A stretch of 64,000 bases of DNA, from positions 196 to 64,195 of the forward strand of contig CAMDDZ010000025.1 in NCBI GenBank assembly GCA_945893145.1, written 5' to 3'. Source of the stretch: Rhodoplanes serenus (GTDB taxonomy: Bacteria; Pseudomonadota; Alphaproteobacteria; Rhizobiales; Xanthobacteraceae). A program made the position numbers and the translations under genes. Of the stretch, positions 17,589-30,139 are shown in pieces (positions within the stretch are counted from its first letter, which is position 1; the number at the start of each line of letters is the position of its first letter). The notes beneath the pieces were generated by a model. It was not told the DNA's origin, ran no database searches, and saw only the letters and a list, made by a program, of their open reading frames with translations.

Positions 17589-18371
17589 TCAGCGCAGCGT
17601 CGTGCAGAACCGATCGCTGAAGCGCAAGAACAACAGGTTCGAAAACGAGCCGCGGTGCGGCAAGAGCCGCAGCGAGTGGCGGCCGATCTGCGTCGTATAG
17701 TTCGTCGAGCCGGCGTTGCCCGGCTCACGCAGCCAGCCGGGGCAGACGGCCGTGATCGGCCGGCCGGAGAGATCGAAGTACTTCACCACCGGACAGATCA
17801 TCACCGACATCTTGGCATCTTCGATTGCAGGAAGTTCGAACGTCGCATCGACCTTGCTGGCAGTGCCCGCCAGCATTGCGATGGTCGCCGAGAGCGCCTT
17901 TCGGCTGGACTCGTTGAAATAGACCTCGTGCGGCGTCCGATAGGTGACGCGGCCGCCATCGCTCAGAACCCTGTCGGTAACTTCGTCGGTGTGCTGCAAC
18001 AAGGCGCGATCTTCGCAGCCGGTCGCCTCGCCTTTCGTCGCCACCTGCAGCAAGCCGATCTGTTCGATCAGCGCGCCGTTGCGTCCCATGTTGGCGAGCG
18101 AGAATGTGACGGCGAACTTGGCCTGACCGACGTCGCGGAAATTCGCCGCGCGGTAGAAGATGGTGATGTCCTCGACCGACATGACGATGGACAGATAACC
18201 GACGATCGCCGCGGTCGCGATCGCGGTGACTGCCGAAGTCAGCACCGTCCGCGTCGTGCTCTGGCTGATCTGTTTGTGGATCATGCCCGTCATCGTGCGC
18301 TGGCGGCGCAGCCGGCGCTGGCGCATCAGGAGGCGCAATTTGCGAACGGTTTGGGACTTCATCAGGTCCAT
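17589..18371 (-). CDS. hypothetical single-pass membrane protein
   Basis: Arg-rich N-terminus and one TM helix (VLTSAVTAIATAAIVGYLSIV). No family recognised; start uncertain. Confidence 0.45.
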   Translation of the reverse strand: MDLMKSQTVRKLRLLMRQRRLRRQRTMTGMIHKQISQSTTRTVLTSAVTAIATAAIVGYLSIVMSVEDITIFYRAANFRDVGQAKFAVTFSLANMGRNGALIEQIGLLQVATKGEATGCEDRALLQHTDEVTDRVLSDGGRVTYRTPHEVYFNESSRKALSATIAMLAGTASKVDATFELPAIEDAKMSVMICPVVKYFDLSGRPITAVCPGWLREPGNAGSTNYTTQIGRHSLRLLPHRGSFSNLLFLRFSDRFCTTLR

Positions 18372-18475
18372 CGTGTCGGCCCGCAACAGCTCTGCCCCCT
18401 GTCTGCCGGGGCGCAATTGACGATAGCATGACGATCGACCACATATGACCGCATAGCCCGCGAGGAAGAAAGAGC

Positions 18476-20005
18476 GTGCCGATGCAGAAGCGCCGTCCGG
18501 TGATGCTGGTTGTGCTGGACGGCTGGGGCTGGCGCGAGGAGATCGCGGACAACGCGATCCGGCAGGCCAAGACCCCGACCTTCGACCGGCTCTGGGAGGC
18601 CGGGCCGCGCGCCTTCCTGCGCACCGACGGCCGCAACGTCGGCCTGCCCGACGGCCAGATGGGCAATTCCGAAGTCGGGCATCTCAATATCGGCGCCGGC
18701 CGCGTCGTGATGCAGGACCTGCCGCGCATCGGCGAGGCCATTGCGTCGGGTGAGATCAAGAAGGCGCCCGCGCTGACCGGCCTGATCGCGGCGCTGAAAA
18801 AATCCGGCGGCACCTGTCACCTGCTCGGACTGGTCTCGCCCGGCGGCGTGCATTCGCACCAGGATCATGCCGCCGCACTCGCGCATATCCTGAGCGACGC
18901 GGGCGTCACCACAGTCGTGCATGCGCTGACCGACGGCCGCGATACGCCTCCGCAATCGGCGGGCGACGATCTCAAGCGTCTCGCCGCAGCGCTGCCAAAA
19001 TCGGTTCCGATCGCCACGGTCTGCGGGCGCTACTACGCGATGGATCGCGACAGCCGCTGGGAGCGTGTGAAAAAGGCCTACGACGCCATCGTCGAGGCCG
19101 ACGCGCCGCGCTTTGCCGACGCGCCGGCCGTGATCGCCGATGCCTATTCCAAGCAGCAGTTCGACGAATTCGTCATCCCGGCGGTGGTCGGCGACTATCG
19201 CGGCATCAAGGATGGCGACGGCGTGCTGTGCTTCAACTTCCGCGCCGACCGCGCGCGCGAGATTCTCACCGCCATGCTCGATTCGAATTTTGCCGGCTTC
19301 CCGCGCAAGCGCATGGTGCGCTTTGCCGCAGCGGTCGGCATGGCGCAATACTCCGACGAACTCGACAAGCTGATGCAGACGATTATCCCGCCGCAGACTT
19401 TCCCGCACATCCTGGGCGAAGTGGTTTCGCAAGCCGGCCGCACGCAACTGCGCATGGCCGAGACAGAGAAGTATCCGCACGTCACCTACTTCCTCAACGG
19501 CGGCCGCGAGGAGCCCTATCCGGGCGAGGATCGCATCATGGTGCCGTCGCCCAAGGTCGCGACCTACGACCTGCAACCCGAAATGTCGGCGCCGGAGCTG
19601 ACCGCGAAGGCCGTGGAGGCGATCAAGTCCGGCAAGTACGACCTGATCGTGCTCAACTTCGCCAATCCGGACATGGTCGGTCACACCGGAAGTCTCCCGG
19701 CCGCCATCAAGGCGGTCGAGACGGTCGATACCGGGCTCGGCAAGATCGCCGATGCGGTCAGCAACGCCGGCGGCGCGATGCTGGTCACCGCCGACCACGG
19801 CAATTGCGAGATGATGCGCGATCCCGACAACGGCGGTCCGCACACGTCGCACACCACCAATCCGGTGCCGCTGGTTTTGCTCGGCGCGCGCAATCGCTCG
19901 CTGGTGGCGCAGGGCCGCCTCGCCGATCTCGCGCCGACGCTGCTCGAGCTGATGGATTTGCCGAAGCCGCCGGAAATGAACGGCGTGTCGCTGCTCGCGG
20001 GCTAA
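18476..20005 (+). CDS. gpmI: 2,3-bisphosphoglycerate-independent phosphoglycerate mutase
   Basis: VLDGWGWRE, GNSEVGHLNIGAGR and NFANPDMVGHTG motifs; 509 aa. Confidence 0.93.
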   Translation: MPMQKRRPVMLVVLDGWGWREEIADNAIRQAKTPTFDRLWEAGPRAFLRTDGRNVGLPDGQMGNSEVGHLNIGAGRVVMQDLPRIGEAIASGEIKKAPALTGLIAALKKSGGTCHLLGLVSPGGVHSHQDHAAALAHILSDAGVTTVVHALTDGRDTPPQSAGDDLKRLAAALPKSVPIATVCGRYYAMDRDSRWERVKKAYDAIVEADAPRFADAPAVIADAYSKQQFDEFVIPAVVGDYRGIKDGDGVLCFNFRADRAREILTAMLDSNFAGFPRKRMVRFAAAVGMAQYSDELDKLMQTIIPPQTFPHILGEVVSQAGRTQLRMAETEKYPHVTYFLNGGREEPYPGEDRIMVPSPKVATYDLQPEMSAPELTAKAVEAIKSGKYDLIVLNFANPDMVGHTGSLPAAIKAVETVDTGLGKIADAVSNAGGAMLVTADHGNCEMMRDPDNGGPHTSHTTNPVPLVLLGARNRSLVAQGRLADLAPTLLELMDLPKPPEMNGVSLLAG

Positions 20006-20202
20006 TACTGGCGCTTCACTGCTGCGCCGGCGGCCATCACGATCAACATGAAGGCGAGCGAGCCGCCGAACGCCCACACCGGATGGGTGCCGGGCGACAG
20101 CGCGGGTACGAACACGAAGCCGAGTACCAGCGAGCCAACAAGCGCGAACGCGATCGCGATCAACAGCCGCGCATCGACCAGTCGTCTCCGATCGTCCGCC
20201 AC
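20002..20202 (-). CDS. small hypothetical membrane protein (2 TM)
   Basis: 66-aa ORF with two hydrophobic helices. Its stop overlaps the gpmI stop. Confidence 0.4.
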   Translation of the reverse strand: MADDRRRLVDARLLIAIAFALVGSLVLGFVFVPALSPGTHPVWAFGGSLAFMLIVMAAGAAVKRQY

Positions 20203-20214
20203 GGCCGTCCCGCT

Positions 20215-21024
20215 CTACATGTCGCCGAGGCCAAGCACATCGGCCATCGAATAGAGCCCGGGCTTCTGCCCGCGCGCCCAGAGCGCAGCCTTCAGCGCGC
20301 CGCGCGCAAAGATCATGCGGTCCTCCGCGCGATGCACCAGCTCGATGCGTTCGGCGGGGCCGGCGAAGATCACGCTGTGCTCGCCCACCACGGTGCCGCC
20401 GCGCAGCGACGCGAAGCCGATGTCGCCGCTTTTGCGGGCACCGGTCTCGCCGTCGCGGCCGCGCGCCGAGTGCTGCGCCAGATCGATGCCGCGGCCTTCC
20501 GCCGCCGCGCGGCCGAACATCAGCGCGGTGCCGGACGGCGCGTCGATCTTCTTGTTGTGATGCATCTCGAAAATCTCGATGTCGAAATCCTCATCGAGCG
20601 TCTTCGCCACGCGCTTGGTGAGCGCCGCGAGCAGATTGACGCCCATGCTGAAGTTGCCGGCCTTCACCACCGCGGCGCTCTTTGCCGAATCCTTGATCTT
20701 GGCCTCTTCGTCGGCCGAATGGCCCGTGGTGCCGACGATGTGCACCTTCCCGGCAGTGAGCGCGGCAAACGCCGTACTCGCCTTCGGCACCGTGAAATCG
20801 ATGATGCCGTCGGCCGCCGCGAGCGCCGCCTTGGTGTCGGCGGTGAGCGTAACGCCGTTGGCCGGCAGTCCCGACAGCACGCCGGAGTCCTGACCGAGCA
20901 GCGGCGAGCGCGCGTCCTCGATAGCGCCCGCGACCACGAGCCCCTTGGTCTCGGAAATCGCCTTGACCAGCGTACGTCCCATGCGCCCACCGGCGCCGGC
21001 GATCACGAGCCGCATGTCGGACAT
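20215..21024 (-). CDS. dapB: 4-hydroxy-tetrahydrodipicolinate reductase
   Basis: [17 protein letters not shown](P)-binding N-terminus and a DapB-like core (E.HH..K.DAPSGTA). Confidence 0.92.
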   Translation of the reverse strand: MSDMRLVIAGAGGRMGRTLVKAISETKGLVVAGAIEDARSPLLGQDSGVLSGLPANGVTLTADTKAALAAADGIIDFTVPKASTAFAALTAGKVHIVGTTGHSADEEAKIKDSAKSAAVVKAGNFSMGVNLLAALTKRVAKTLDEDFDIEIFEMHHNKKIDAPSGTALMFGRAAAEGRGIDLAQHSARGRDGETGARKSGDIGFASLRGGTVVGEHSVIFAGPAERIELVHRAEDRMIFARGALKAALWARGQKPGLYSMADVLGLGDM

Positions 21025-21111
21025 GAGTGAAGCTCCTCAACGGTGCGCGTCCGCGGAGATTACACGGCCGGCGCGGCTATGTCTTAGTGCGGCAGCTGCA
21101 GCCATTCGAAG

Positions 21112-21414
21112 CTAGGGCTGCGGACCGTCGTAACCGCCGATGATGAGGATGTCGGCGGTGGCGTTCGGCTGCCGCACCTTGATGTTGGCCTGGTACTCGG
21201 GCGATCGGTAACAGGCGAGCGCCTGCTCGTAGCTCGGAAACTCGATCACCACATTGCGGGCGCGGCTGGTGCCTTCGGGATTCTCGAACGGCCCGCCGCG
21301 GATCACAAAGCGTCCACCGAATTTCTTGAAGATCGCCGGATTGGCGGCGGCATAGGGCTTGTAGCCCTCCTCGTTGCTCACATCGACGCGCGCGATCCAA
21401 TAGCCCTTCGCCAT
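21112..21414 (-). CDS. DUF1330 domain protein
   Basis: 100 aa; KGYWIARVDV...VVIEFPSYEQALACYRSPEYQ is typical of DUF1330. Confidence 0.8.
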   Translation of the reverse strand: MAKGYWIARVDVSNEEGYKPYAAANPAIFKKFGGRFVIRGGPFENPEGTSRARNVVIEFPSYEQALACYRSPEYQANIKVRQPNATADILIIGGYDGPQP

Positions 21415-21435
21415 GACTGACTTACTTCTCCGTTG

Positions 21436-22068
21436 TTAGTGTCCCTGCTCGCCGACGCCCTCGATGACGACGAGATCGCATTCGGCCTTGCCTTTGCGTA
21501 ACGCGACAGCCGCCTGGTAGTCCGCCGAACGGTAGCAGGCCAGCGCCGCGTCATAGCTCGGAAATTCAATCACCACGGTGCGCGCACGCTGATGGCCTTC
21601 CATCACTTCGTAACGGCCGCCACGCACCAGGAAGCGCCCGTTGAACTTGCCGACCGGGCTGCCGATCGCGCCGCTATAGGCGCCGTAACCGGCCTGATCG
21701 ATGACATCGAGGTGGGCGATCCAGTAACCCTTGCGCACCGCCGACGGCAGCGGCATGCCGAAATGATCCGGCTGCGGGCCGTCGTAGCCCTCCACGATCA
21801 GAAAATCGCAGGCCGAGTAGGGCGCGCGCAACGGCCGGGCCTTGGAATACTCCGGCCCGCGGTAGAACGCTTGCGCCTCCTCGTAGGAGTTGAACTCGCG
21901 CAGCACATTGCGCGACCGCATCTTGCCCTCGACCAGCTCATGGCGGCCGGCGCGCGCCAGGAGTTTCGAGCCGAAGCGCTCATGCGCCGCGTCCGCCATG
22001 TCGCGATAGGCCTGGAAGCCTTGCGGGTCGCTGACATCGAGATGTGGAATCCAATAGCCCTTTGGCAT
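21436..22068 (-). CDS. protein with two tandem DUF1330 domains
   Basis: Two internal copies of the KGYWI.HLDV ... EF.SY..A...Y....Y pattern; 210 aa. Confidence 0.8.
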   Translation of the reverse strand: MPKGYWIPHLDVSDPQGFQAYRDMADAAHERFGSKLLARAGRHELVEGKMRSRNVLREFNSYEEAQAFYRGPEYSKARPLRAPYSACDFLIVEGYDGPQPDHFGMPLPSAVRKGYWIAHLDVIDQAGYGAYSGAIGSPVGKFNGRFLVRGGRYEVMEGHQRARTVVIEFPSYDAALACYRSADYQAAVALRKGKAECDLVVIEGVGEQGH

Positions 22069-22078
22069 GTCGTCCTCT

Positions 22079-22774
22079 CTACGGTCCGGCCTGCGCGATC
22101 TCGGCGACGATCGCCTCGGCGGCGGCCTTGGGGTCGGGCGCCTCCAGGATGGGCCGGCCGACCACCAGGTAATTGGCGCCAGCCGCGATCGCCGCAGCCG
22201 GTGTCATGATGCGCTTCTGGTCGCCGCTCGCGGCGCCTGCCGGACGAATGCCCGGCGTCACCAGCACCATGCCCGGCTTGATGATCTTGCGAAGGTTCGC
22301 CGCCTCCTCGGCCGAGCAGACAAGGCCGTCGATGCCGATGTCGCGGGCCTGCGCGGCGCGCTCGGCCACCAGCTCCGGCACCGTGAAGTCGTAGCCCGCG
22401 GCAGCCAAGTCTGCGTCGTCGTAGGAGGTCAGCACCGTTACGGCGAGGATGCGCAACGCCGAGTCGGCGCGCGCGTCGACCGCGGCGTGCATGGTCTGCG
22501 GATAGGCGTGGACGGTGAGAAAGCTCGCGCCGAGCTTGACCACGCTCTCCACCCCGCGCGCCACTGTGTTGCCAATGTCGTGCAGCTTGAAATCGAGAAA
22601 CACCTGTTTCTTCGCGCGCACCAGCTGCTCGGCCAATGCGAGGCCGCCGGCGAAGCCGAGCTGGTAGCCGATCTTGTAGAACGACACGGCTTCGCCAAGC
22701 CGCGCCACCATCGCGTCGGCAGCAGCCACCGAAGGCAGATCGAGCGCAACGATGAGCCGCTCGCGGGCGTCCAT
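22079..22774 (-). CDS. pyrF: orotidine 5'-phosphate decarboxylase
   Basis: LIVALD...FYKIG...[14 protein letters not shown] motifs. Confidence 0.92.
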   Translation of the reverse strand: MDARERLIVALDLPSVAAADAMVARLGEAVSFYKIGYQLGFAGGLALAEQLVRAKKQVFLDFKLHDIGNTVARGVESVVKLGASFLTVHAYPQTMHAAVDARADSALRILAVTVLTSYDDADLAAAGYDFTVPELVAERAAQARDIGIDGLVCSAEEAANLRKIIKPGMVLVTPGIRPAGAASGDQKRIMTPAAAIAAGANYLVVGRPILEAPDPKAAAEAIVAEIAQAGP

Positions 22775-22775
22775 G

Positions 22776-23354
22776 TTAGGCGATCTCCCGCGCCATATCG
22801 GTCAACCTCTGCGCGATGCGCTTGAGCAAAGCCGAGGCGCGCTCTTCCTTGAGGTTGTCCACTTCGTCGAACGCCTCGCTCGCGCGCATCACTGCAATCT
22901 GGTCGGGGATCACCAGCGCACCGCAGCCGAGCTCCAACACCTGGCGCAACGCCATGAGCGAACGCATCGCTCCGTAAGCGCCGTCGGATGCACCACCGAT
23001 TGCAAACACCCGGTTCCTGAACGCGGCAAGCGGCACCTCGCCGCGCTCACGCACGCGCGAGATCCAGTCGATGGTGTTCTTGAGCAGCGGCGTGATCGAA
23101 GCGTTGTATTCCGGGCTGGCGATAAATACGCCCTGGTGCGCCGCCATGAGTTGCTTGAGCTTGATCGCATTCAGCGGCGCGCCGGCGGTGTTCTCCTGGT
23201 CGCCGTCGTAGATCGGCAACGGATAGTCGCCGAGCGAGATCCGGGTGACATCGGCGCCCGCGAGCAACAGTTCCTTGCTCGCAAGCGCGGCGAGCCGCGC
23301 GTTGTGCGAGCCAGTACGGATCGAGCCGGCAAAGACCAAAACCTTGGGAAGCAT
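22776..23354 (-). CDS. NADPH-dependent FMN reductase family protein
   Basis: [14 protein letters not shown]...[14 protein letters not shown] flavodoxin-like FMN_red pattern. Confidence 0.8.
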   Translation of the reverse strand: MLPKVLVFAGSIRTGSHNARLAALASKELLLAGADVTRISLGDYPLPIYDGDQENTAGAPLNAIKLKQLMAAHQGVFIASPEYNASITPLLKNTIDWISRVRERGEVPLAAFRNRVFAIGGASDGAYGAMRSLMALRQVLELGCGALVIPDQIAVMRASEAFDEVDNLKEERASALLKRIAQRLTDMAREIA

Positions 23355-23396
23355 GGGCGGCTCCGGGAACGTCCGCCTTGATTATCACAAAGAGCG

Positions 23397-24035
23397 TCAG
23401 CCCTTGCGATACACCCAGACGCGCGCGGGCGGCAGGTTCATCCAGATGCGGTCCGAAGCATCGGCGCGCACGCCGGCAGGCCGCGTCGGAATCGGCGGCA
23501 CCATGGCGTAGGTGAACTGCACGAACGGCGCGCCCGGCAGCATCATGCTGAACGCATCGTAGAGCAGCCGCAGCCGCGTCCGCACCGGCTTGGTGACGAG
23601 CGGCAGACCGGACACGATTGCAGCAGCCGGCTGGCTCAGGATGCCCTCCAGCGTGCGGCGCAACCCATAGGCATCGCCGCGAACCACCGTCGCCTGCGGA
23701 TAGCGCTCGCGAAGCAAGCGGCAGAAATCGGGGTCATACTCGACCAGCACGAGCCGGGACGGATCGACGCCCTGCGCCACCAGCGCTTCGGTCACTGGGC
23801 CGGTGCCGGGTCCAAGCTCGACGATCGGTCCATCGACGGTCGGATCAACATAGCTCGCCATGGTGCGAGCCAGGACCTTACCGGACGGCGTTACGGCGCC
23901 AATGGAAAGCGGCTTCTCCATCCAGGAGCGGATGAAGCGGACCTCGTCGTCGAGACGGATTCCGTTCTTTTGCTCGAACAGGCGAATTTGCCGTTCGATC
24001 TTCTTCTCGAGGATTTGAAGGGCCTGGATAGGCAT
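23397..24035 (-). CDS. pmtA: phospholipid N-methyltransferase (class I SAM-dependent)
   Basis: VELGPGTGPVTEAL SAM motif. Position immediately downstream of dnaKJ matches the described Bradyrhizobium japonicum pmtA. Start uncertain (ATG 24035 or GTG 24065). Confidence 0.75.
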   Translation of the reverse strand: MPIQALQILEKKIERQIRLFEQKNGIRLDDEVRFIRSWMEKPLSIGAVTPSGKVLARTMASYVDPTVDGPIVELGPGTGPVTEALVAQGVDPSRLVLVEYDPDFCRLLRERYPQATVVRGDAYGLRRTLEGILSQPAAAIVSGLPLVTKPVRTRLRLLYDAFSMMLPGAPFVQFTYAMVPPIPTRPAGVRADASDRIWMNLPPARVWVYRKG

Positions 24036-24110
24036 GTAAGGGAAATGCAGCCCGCGGTTATACACAGCAATCGGTAACCGGTGCCGGACCGGGGGTCAAG
24101 CCGGAATGGC

Positions 24111-25250
24111 TCAACCCTGACCCGCGCCGCTACCGAAGAACTCCTTGACTTTCGAGAAGAATCCCGCGGATTCGGGCTGTGTTTCCTTAGACGAAAGCTT
24201 TTCAAACTCGGCCAGCAGGTCGCGTTGCTTCTGGCTCAGGTTCTGCGGCGTCTCGACCACCACCTGCACATACATGTCGCCGGTCTGCTTGGAGCGGAGC
24301 ACCGGCATGCCCTTGCCCTGGAGCCGGAAGCGCCGGCCGGACTGGGTGCCGCTCGGCACCTTCACGCTGGACTTGGACCCGTCGATGGCCGGGACCTCGA
24401 ACTCGCCGCCGAGCGCTGCCGTAACCATCGAAACCGGCACCCGGCAGTGCAGGTCGGCGCCATCGCGCTGAAACAGCTCGTGGGCGCCGATCGACAGGAA
24501 GATGTAGAGGTCGCCCGCGGGACCGCCGCGCAAGCCGGCCTCGCCTTCGCCGGAGAGCCGGATGCGCGTGCCGTCCTCGACGCCCTGCGGGATGTTGACC
24601 GACAGCGTGCGCTCGCGCGTGACACGGCCGGAGCCGGAGCAGGACGGGCACGGATTGTCGATCACCTGGCCGCGGCCGTGACAGCCCACACAGGTTCGCT
24701 CGAGCGTGAAGAAGCCGCCTTGGGTGTGACGGATACGGCCGTGACCGTTGCAATGCGGACAGGTCTTTGGCTTGCTCCCGGTCTTCGCGCCCGTCCCCGA
24801 GCATGATTCGCAGGTGACCGAGGTCGGCAGCCGCACCGATGCGGCCTTGCCGGCAAACGCCTCGTCGAGGCTGATTTCCATATTGAAGCGGAGGTCTGCA
24901 CCACGCTCGCGGCCCGAGCCCCGCTGGCGGGCGCCGCCCACGCCGAAAATGCCTTCAAAAATATCGGCAAAGGCCGAGCCGAAATCCTGGCCGAAGCCGG
25001 GCGCGCCGCCACCTGGACCGCCGTGCTCGAACGCGGCGTGACCGAAGCGGTCATACGCTGCGCGTTTGTCGCCGTCTTTCAGCACCTCGTAGGCTTCGCT
25101 GATTTCCTTGAAGCGGTGCTCGGAGTCTTTGTCGCCGGCGTTGCGGTCGGGATGGAATTTCATCGCCTGCTTGCGATAGGCGACCTTGAGGTCCGCCTCG
25201 CTCGCGGTGCGCTCGATCTCCAGGACTTCGTAGTAGCAACGTTTAGCCAT
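24111..25250 (-). CDS. dnaJ: molecular chaperone DnaJ
   Basis: J-domain ([33 protein letters not shown]), G/F region and four CXXCXGXG zinc-finger repeats. ATG at 25250. Confidence 0.95.
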   Translation of the reverse strand: MAKRCYYEVLEIERTASEADLKVAYRKQAMKFHPDRNAGDKDSEHRFKEISEAYEVLKDGDKRAAYDRFGHAAFEHGGPGGGAPGFGQDFGSAFADIFEGIFGVGGARQRGSGRERGADLRFNMEISLDEAFAGKAASVRLPTSVTCESCSGTGAKTGSKPKTCPHCNGHGRIRHTQGGFFTLERTCVGCHGRGQVIDNPCPSCSGSGRVTRERTLSVNIPQGVEDGTRIRLSGEGEAGLRGGPAGDLYIFLSIGAHELFQRDGADLHCRVPVSMVTAALGGEFEVPAIDGSKSSVKVPSGTQSGRRFRLQGKGMPVLRSKQTGDMYVQVVVETPQNLSQKQRDLLAEFEKLSSKETQPESAGFFSKVKEFFGSGAGQG

Positions 25251-25402
25251 GCGCAGGCGGTCCCCGTCTCGCTTGCATGCAACACAAATCTGCAACGCAA
25301 ACGATTAACACACAAACGAGTGGCCCGGCGCTTTCGCACCGGGCCAAGGATCGTATCAGTTTCTAGACGATGCCATTTCTTGACCGTACATGGCGCCGGT
25401 GC

Positions 25403-27346
<1,944 letters not shown>

Positions 27347-27446
27347 AGTGTTAATCCTCTCTTTCGCGGCAGGCCGGCCGGACCCTGTGACGGCGTCCCA
27401 TGCGGCCCCCAAAATTTACACGTTTAGCGCCTCTGCGGCGTCTTGG

Positions 27447-27477
27447 CTCATATAGGAGAGCCCCATTTGGCCGCAAG
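27447..27477 (-). promoter_or_regulatory. sigma32 (RpoH)-type heat-shock promoter of dnaKJ
   Basis: Minus strand reads CTTG-N17-CCTATATGAG. This is an exact match to the alphaproteobacterial consensus CTTG-N17-CYTATNTNNG, about 100 nt upstream of the dnaK ATG. Confidence 0.8.
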
Positions 27478-27548
27478 GACTTGACGCCGTTGTTGGTTAC
27501 GTTCTCAGCCCCGCGGGGATAGCCCGGCGCGGGCCGGAGCGATGGCCG

Positions 27549-28268
27549 TCACTGATCATGGACCCGTGCCGGTTGGGTCTCAGTTGAAGAGTCGATGTAG
27601 AGGAACAGGTTGGAGCTAAAGCGGCCCAGCATGATGCCGGTGTAGCCGACGGCTGAATCGACCCCCTCCGGCACCAGCTCTGTCAGCTGCTTGTGCAGCA
27701 TCAGGATCAGGTTGCGCTCATCCGCCCATTCCGCCTTGCCGAGACACCGGCAGGCGAGCCGGAAGGTGCTGGTCCAGAAGTGCAGCAGCGGGATCGCAGT
27801 GTGGTGCTCGACCGGAAAATACCGATTCGGCACCGTGATAAAGACCTGGTTGGCCACCCGCACCATCTCGTTCACGAACAAGCCTTGATGCTGCTCGCTG
27901 CCGACGTGCTCAAGGACCGCGTTGGACACCGCAATGTCGAATGATTTGGCGGCGAACGGCAGCGGCCGGTTGGCCTCGATGCGATGGTAAGCGACCTTCG
28001 GGAAGGCGGCATAGAAACCATCGCCCTCGCCGATACCGACCGCGGTGATCCGCTCCTGGTGCGGATATTTCCGCTCCAGCATGTTGGCGGCTTCGTTGAT
28101 GACGTCCGACACGCCGACGTCGAGGATCCGATCGTCCGGCGACGGGTGGCAGTATTTGACGAAGTCCGCATAGATGCGTTTTCGCGCCGCAACCGTAAGC
28201 CGTTCGCCCAGCGAGCGCGGGCTTGCGACCTGGTAGTACCGGCCATCGACTGTCGTCCGAAGAGACAC
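27549..28268 (-). CDS. class I SAM-dependent methyltransferase
   Basis: ILDVGVSD motif I and FDIAVSNAVLEHV (Methyltransf_11-like). Confidence 0.7.
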   Translation of the reverse strand: MSLRTTVDGRYYQVASPRSLGERLTVAARKRIYADFVKYCHPSPDDRILDVGVSDVINEAANMLERKYPHQERITAVGIGEGDGFYAAFPKVAYHRIEANRPLPFAAKSFDIAVSNAVLEHVGSEQHQGLFVNEMVRVANQVFITVPNRYFPVEHHTAIPLLHFWTSTFRLACRCLGKAEWADERNLILMLHKQLTELVPEGVDSAVGYTGIMLGRFSSNLFLYIDSSTETQPARVHDQ

Positions 28269-28283
28269 GTTCGCCCTCTGCCT

Positions 28284-30062
28284 CTACCGTTTCACGCGAT
28301 ACACCGCGAAGGCCTGCCCGGCCTCACCGCGAACCGGCTCAAGCCACGCCGGCACCGTGCCGGCGCGCAATTGGCCCCACAGGCTGCGGCGCTGCTCAGC
28401 CGCCAATAGGCCATCCGGCGGACGCGGGCCGCAGATCATCACGTAGTTCACCCCGGCGTCGTTGAGAACCCGGCGCGCCTGCTCAGGCGGCTCAGCGAGG
28501 CTGCGGTGCGCTGCGATGATGCCCCTGGACAGATGATGATAGGGGCCGGCCAGCGCGGAATGCGGCGTCAAAGCCAATAGGAACGGCCCATAGCTGATGT
28601 CGGTCGCGACCAGGCCCGGCGGCAATTGAGCGAGCGGCTTATAGCTCGCCGTCAGCAGGCAGGCCTTGCTGGCCGGCCGGTCGAACGCGTCCTTGTCGTC
28701 GAAGCCCGCCGCCGAGGCCACCGTGATGGCGCCCGATGACAGCGCCATCGGCGTCAGCAGCAGCGCCGCGAATGTGCGGCCCACCAGCGTCGTCATTCGC
28801 AGCGCGGCGAACAGCCGGAGCGCCATGGCGGCGACCATCGGCATGCCAAACCAGATCGCATAGGAATAGCCGCGGATTGCGCCGAGCATCACCATCACCG
28901 CAATTGCGAACACCGCGGCGGCCGTCAGCACACCGGCATCGTGGCGCGACGCGCGATTGCGCAGCACCGCGAGCGTGGCAAGCACGGCGACCGCCGGGAA
29001 TGCCGCAATGGCGGCAGCCGTCAACGGATTGATCCGGAACAGCGTCAGCAGCGGCTGCATCTCGCGCACCCCGCCGAGCCACATCGGCCAGATGGCCGGA
29101 TCCACCATGGCGAACGGTCCGCGCGCGCATGCCGGTTCGATCAGCAGCAATGCCGCAGCGGAGATGCAGCCGACGCCCCCGATGGCGGCGGCGCGTGTGA
29201 CGCGATCTTGGTGCGCCAGCCGCCCGACGATCTCCAGCATGACGCCCGCGCAGGCGAGCCCAGCCAATGTGTTGATCGCGATGCTGTCGCATGAGTGGCG
29301 CAGCCAATGCTGCGGCCCGATGGTGGCAAAGAAGCCCACCAGCGAGCTTGCCGCCAGCCCCTGTCCATAGGCGCGCAAACCGGGCGCGTTGGCCCGATCG
29401 AACACATAGCGCAGTGCAAACGCCGCGCCGCAGCCCACCAGGTAGGGCACCGCTTCAAATCCGATGGTGAGTGCCGCGCCGGACAGCGCGCCGGCCGCCA
29501 GCGCGCCCAAGCGCACGCGGTCCGACCAGACGGTCGCCGCCACCGCCAGGATGGTCAGCGCGATCTGGACGTTGTGATGGTCGATGCGGCCGGGCGTGAA
29601 TTGCTGATAGCCGGGCGTGCCGATCATGGCGAGCAGGAGCGCGATCACCGCCGCCTCGCGTCCGGCAATGCGCCAGGCGATCGCCGCCATGCCGGCGATA
29701 GTCGGTAACAGCCAGAGCAGCGGCCACCACGCCCGCATCAGCCGCTCGGCCAAGGCGCCGTCGGTGAACAACCCGAACAGGAACAGCAACGCCGCAAGGC
29801 CGGCGTCGATCAGGCGGGACCAATGAGTGTCGTAGCCTTCCGGCGGCTGCATCCGCGCCTGGTGCAGATCGAACCAGCCCTGGCCGCCAAGCCAAGCGTG
29901 CAGTTGTGCAAGCCGCAGCGCATCGTCAGTGTCGAGCAGGGTCTCGGCGGTCTGCGGCCAGTGCTGGAGCAAAAGCGTAAACGACACCAGCAGCCACACC
30001 AGGATGACGAGGGCCGCGAAATTCGGCTGGCGCAGCAAGGCAGGGGGCATGAAAAGGGCCAT
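28284..30062 (-). CDS. large polytopic membrane protein (possible GT-C-fold glycosyltransferase-like), function unknown
   Basis: At least 12 predicted TM helices. An acidic DTDDALRL motif follows TM1, and there is a C-terminal soluble domain. Start uncertain (30062 or 30050; the track start at 30284 is unlikely). Confidence 0.55.
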   Translation of the reverse strand: MALFMPPALLRQPNFAALVILVWLLVSFTLLLQHWPQTAETLLDTDDALRLAQLHAWLGGQGWFDLHQARMQPPEGYDTHWSRLIDAGLAALLFLFGLFTDGALAERLMRAWWPLLWLLPTIAGMAAIAWRIAGREAAVIALLLAMIGTPGYQQFTPGRIDHHNVQIALTILAVAATVWSDRVRLGALAAGALSGAALTIGFEAVPYLVGCGAAFALRYVFDRANAPGLRAYGQGLAASSLVGFFATIGPQHWLRHSCDSIAINTLAGLACAGVMLEIVGRLAHQDRVTRAAAIGGVGCISAAALLLIEPACARGPFAMVDPAIWPMWLGGVREMQPLLTLFRINPLTAAAIAAFPAVAVLATLAVLRNRASRHDAGVLTAAAVFAIAVMVMLGAIRGYSYAIWFGMPMVAAMALRLFAALRMTTLVGRTFAALLLTPMALSSGAITVASAAGFDDKDAFDRPASKACLLTASYKPLAQLPPGLVATDISYGPFLLALTPHSALAGPYHHLSRGIIAAHRSLAEPPEQARRVLNDAGVNYVMICGPRPPDGLLAAEQRRSLWGQLRAGTVPAWLEPVRGEAGQAFAVYRVKR

Positions 30063-30139
30063 TTTGGAAGGGCGCGCCGCCCCGAACAAATGGGCCCAAC
30101 AGGGTTGAGTTTCGCTTAACAACGCCGCATATCGAGGGG

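Noticed and set aside
18362-20077. 571-aa minus-strand ORF, and the 600-aa plus-strand ORF 19228-21030
   Set aside because: They overlap the well-supported gpmI and dapB frames and have shadow composition.
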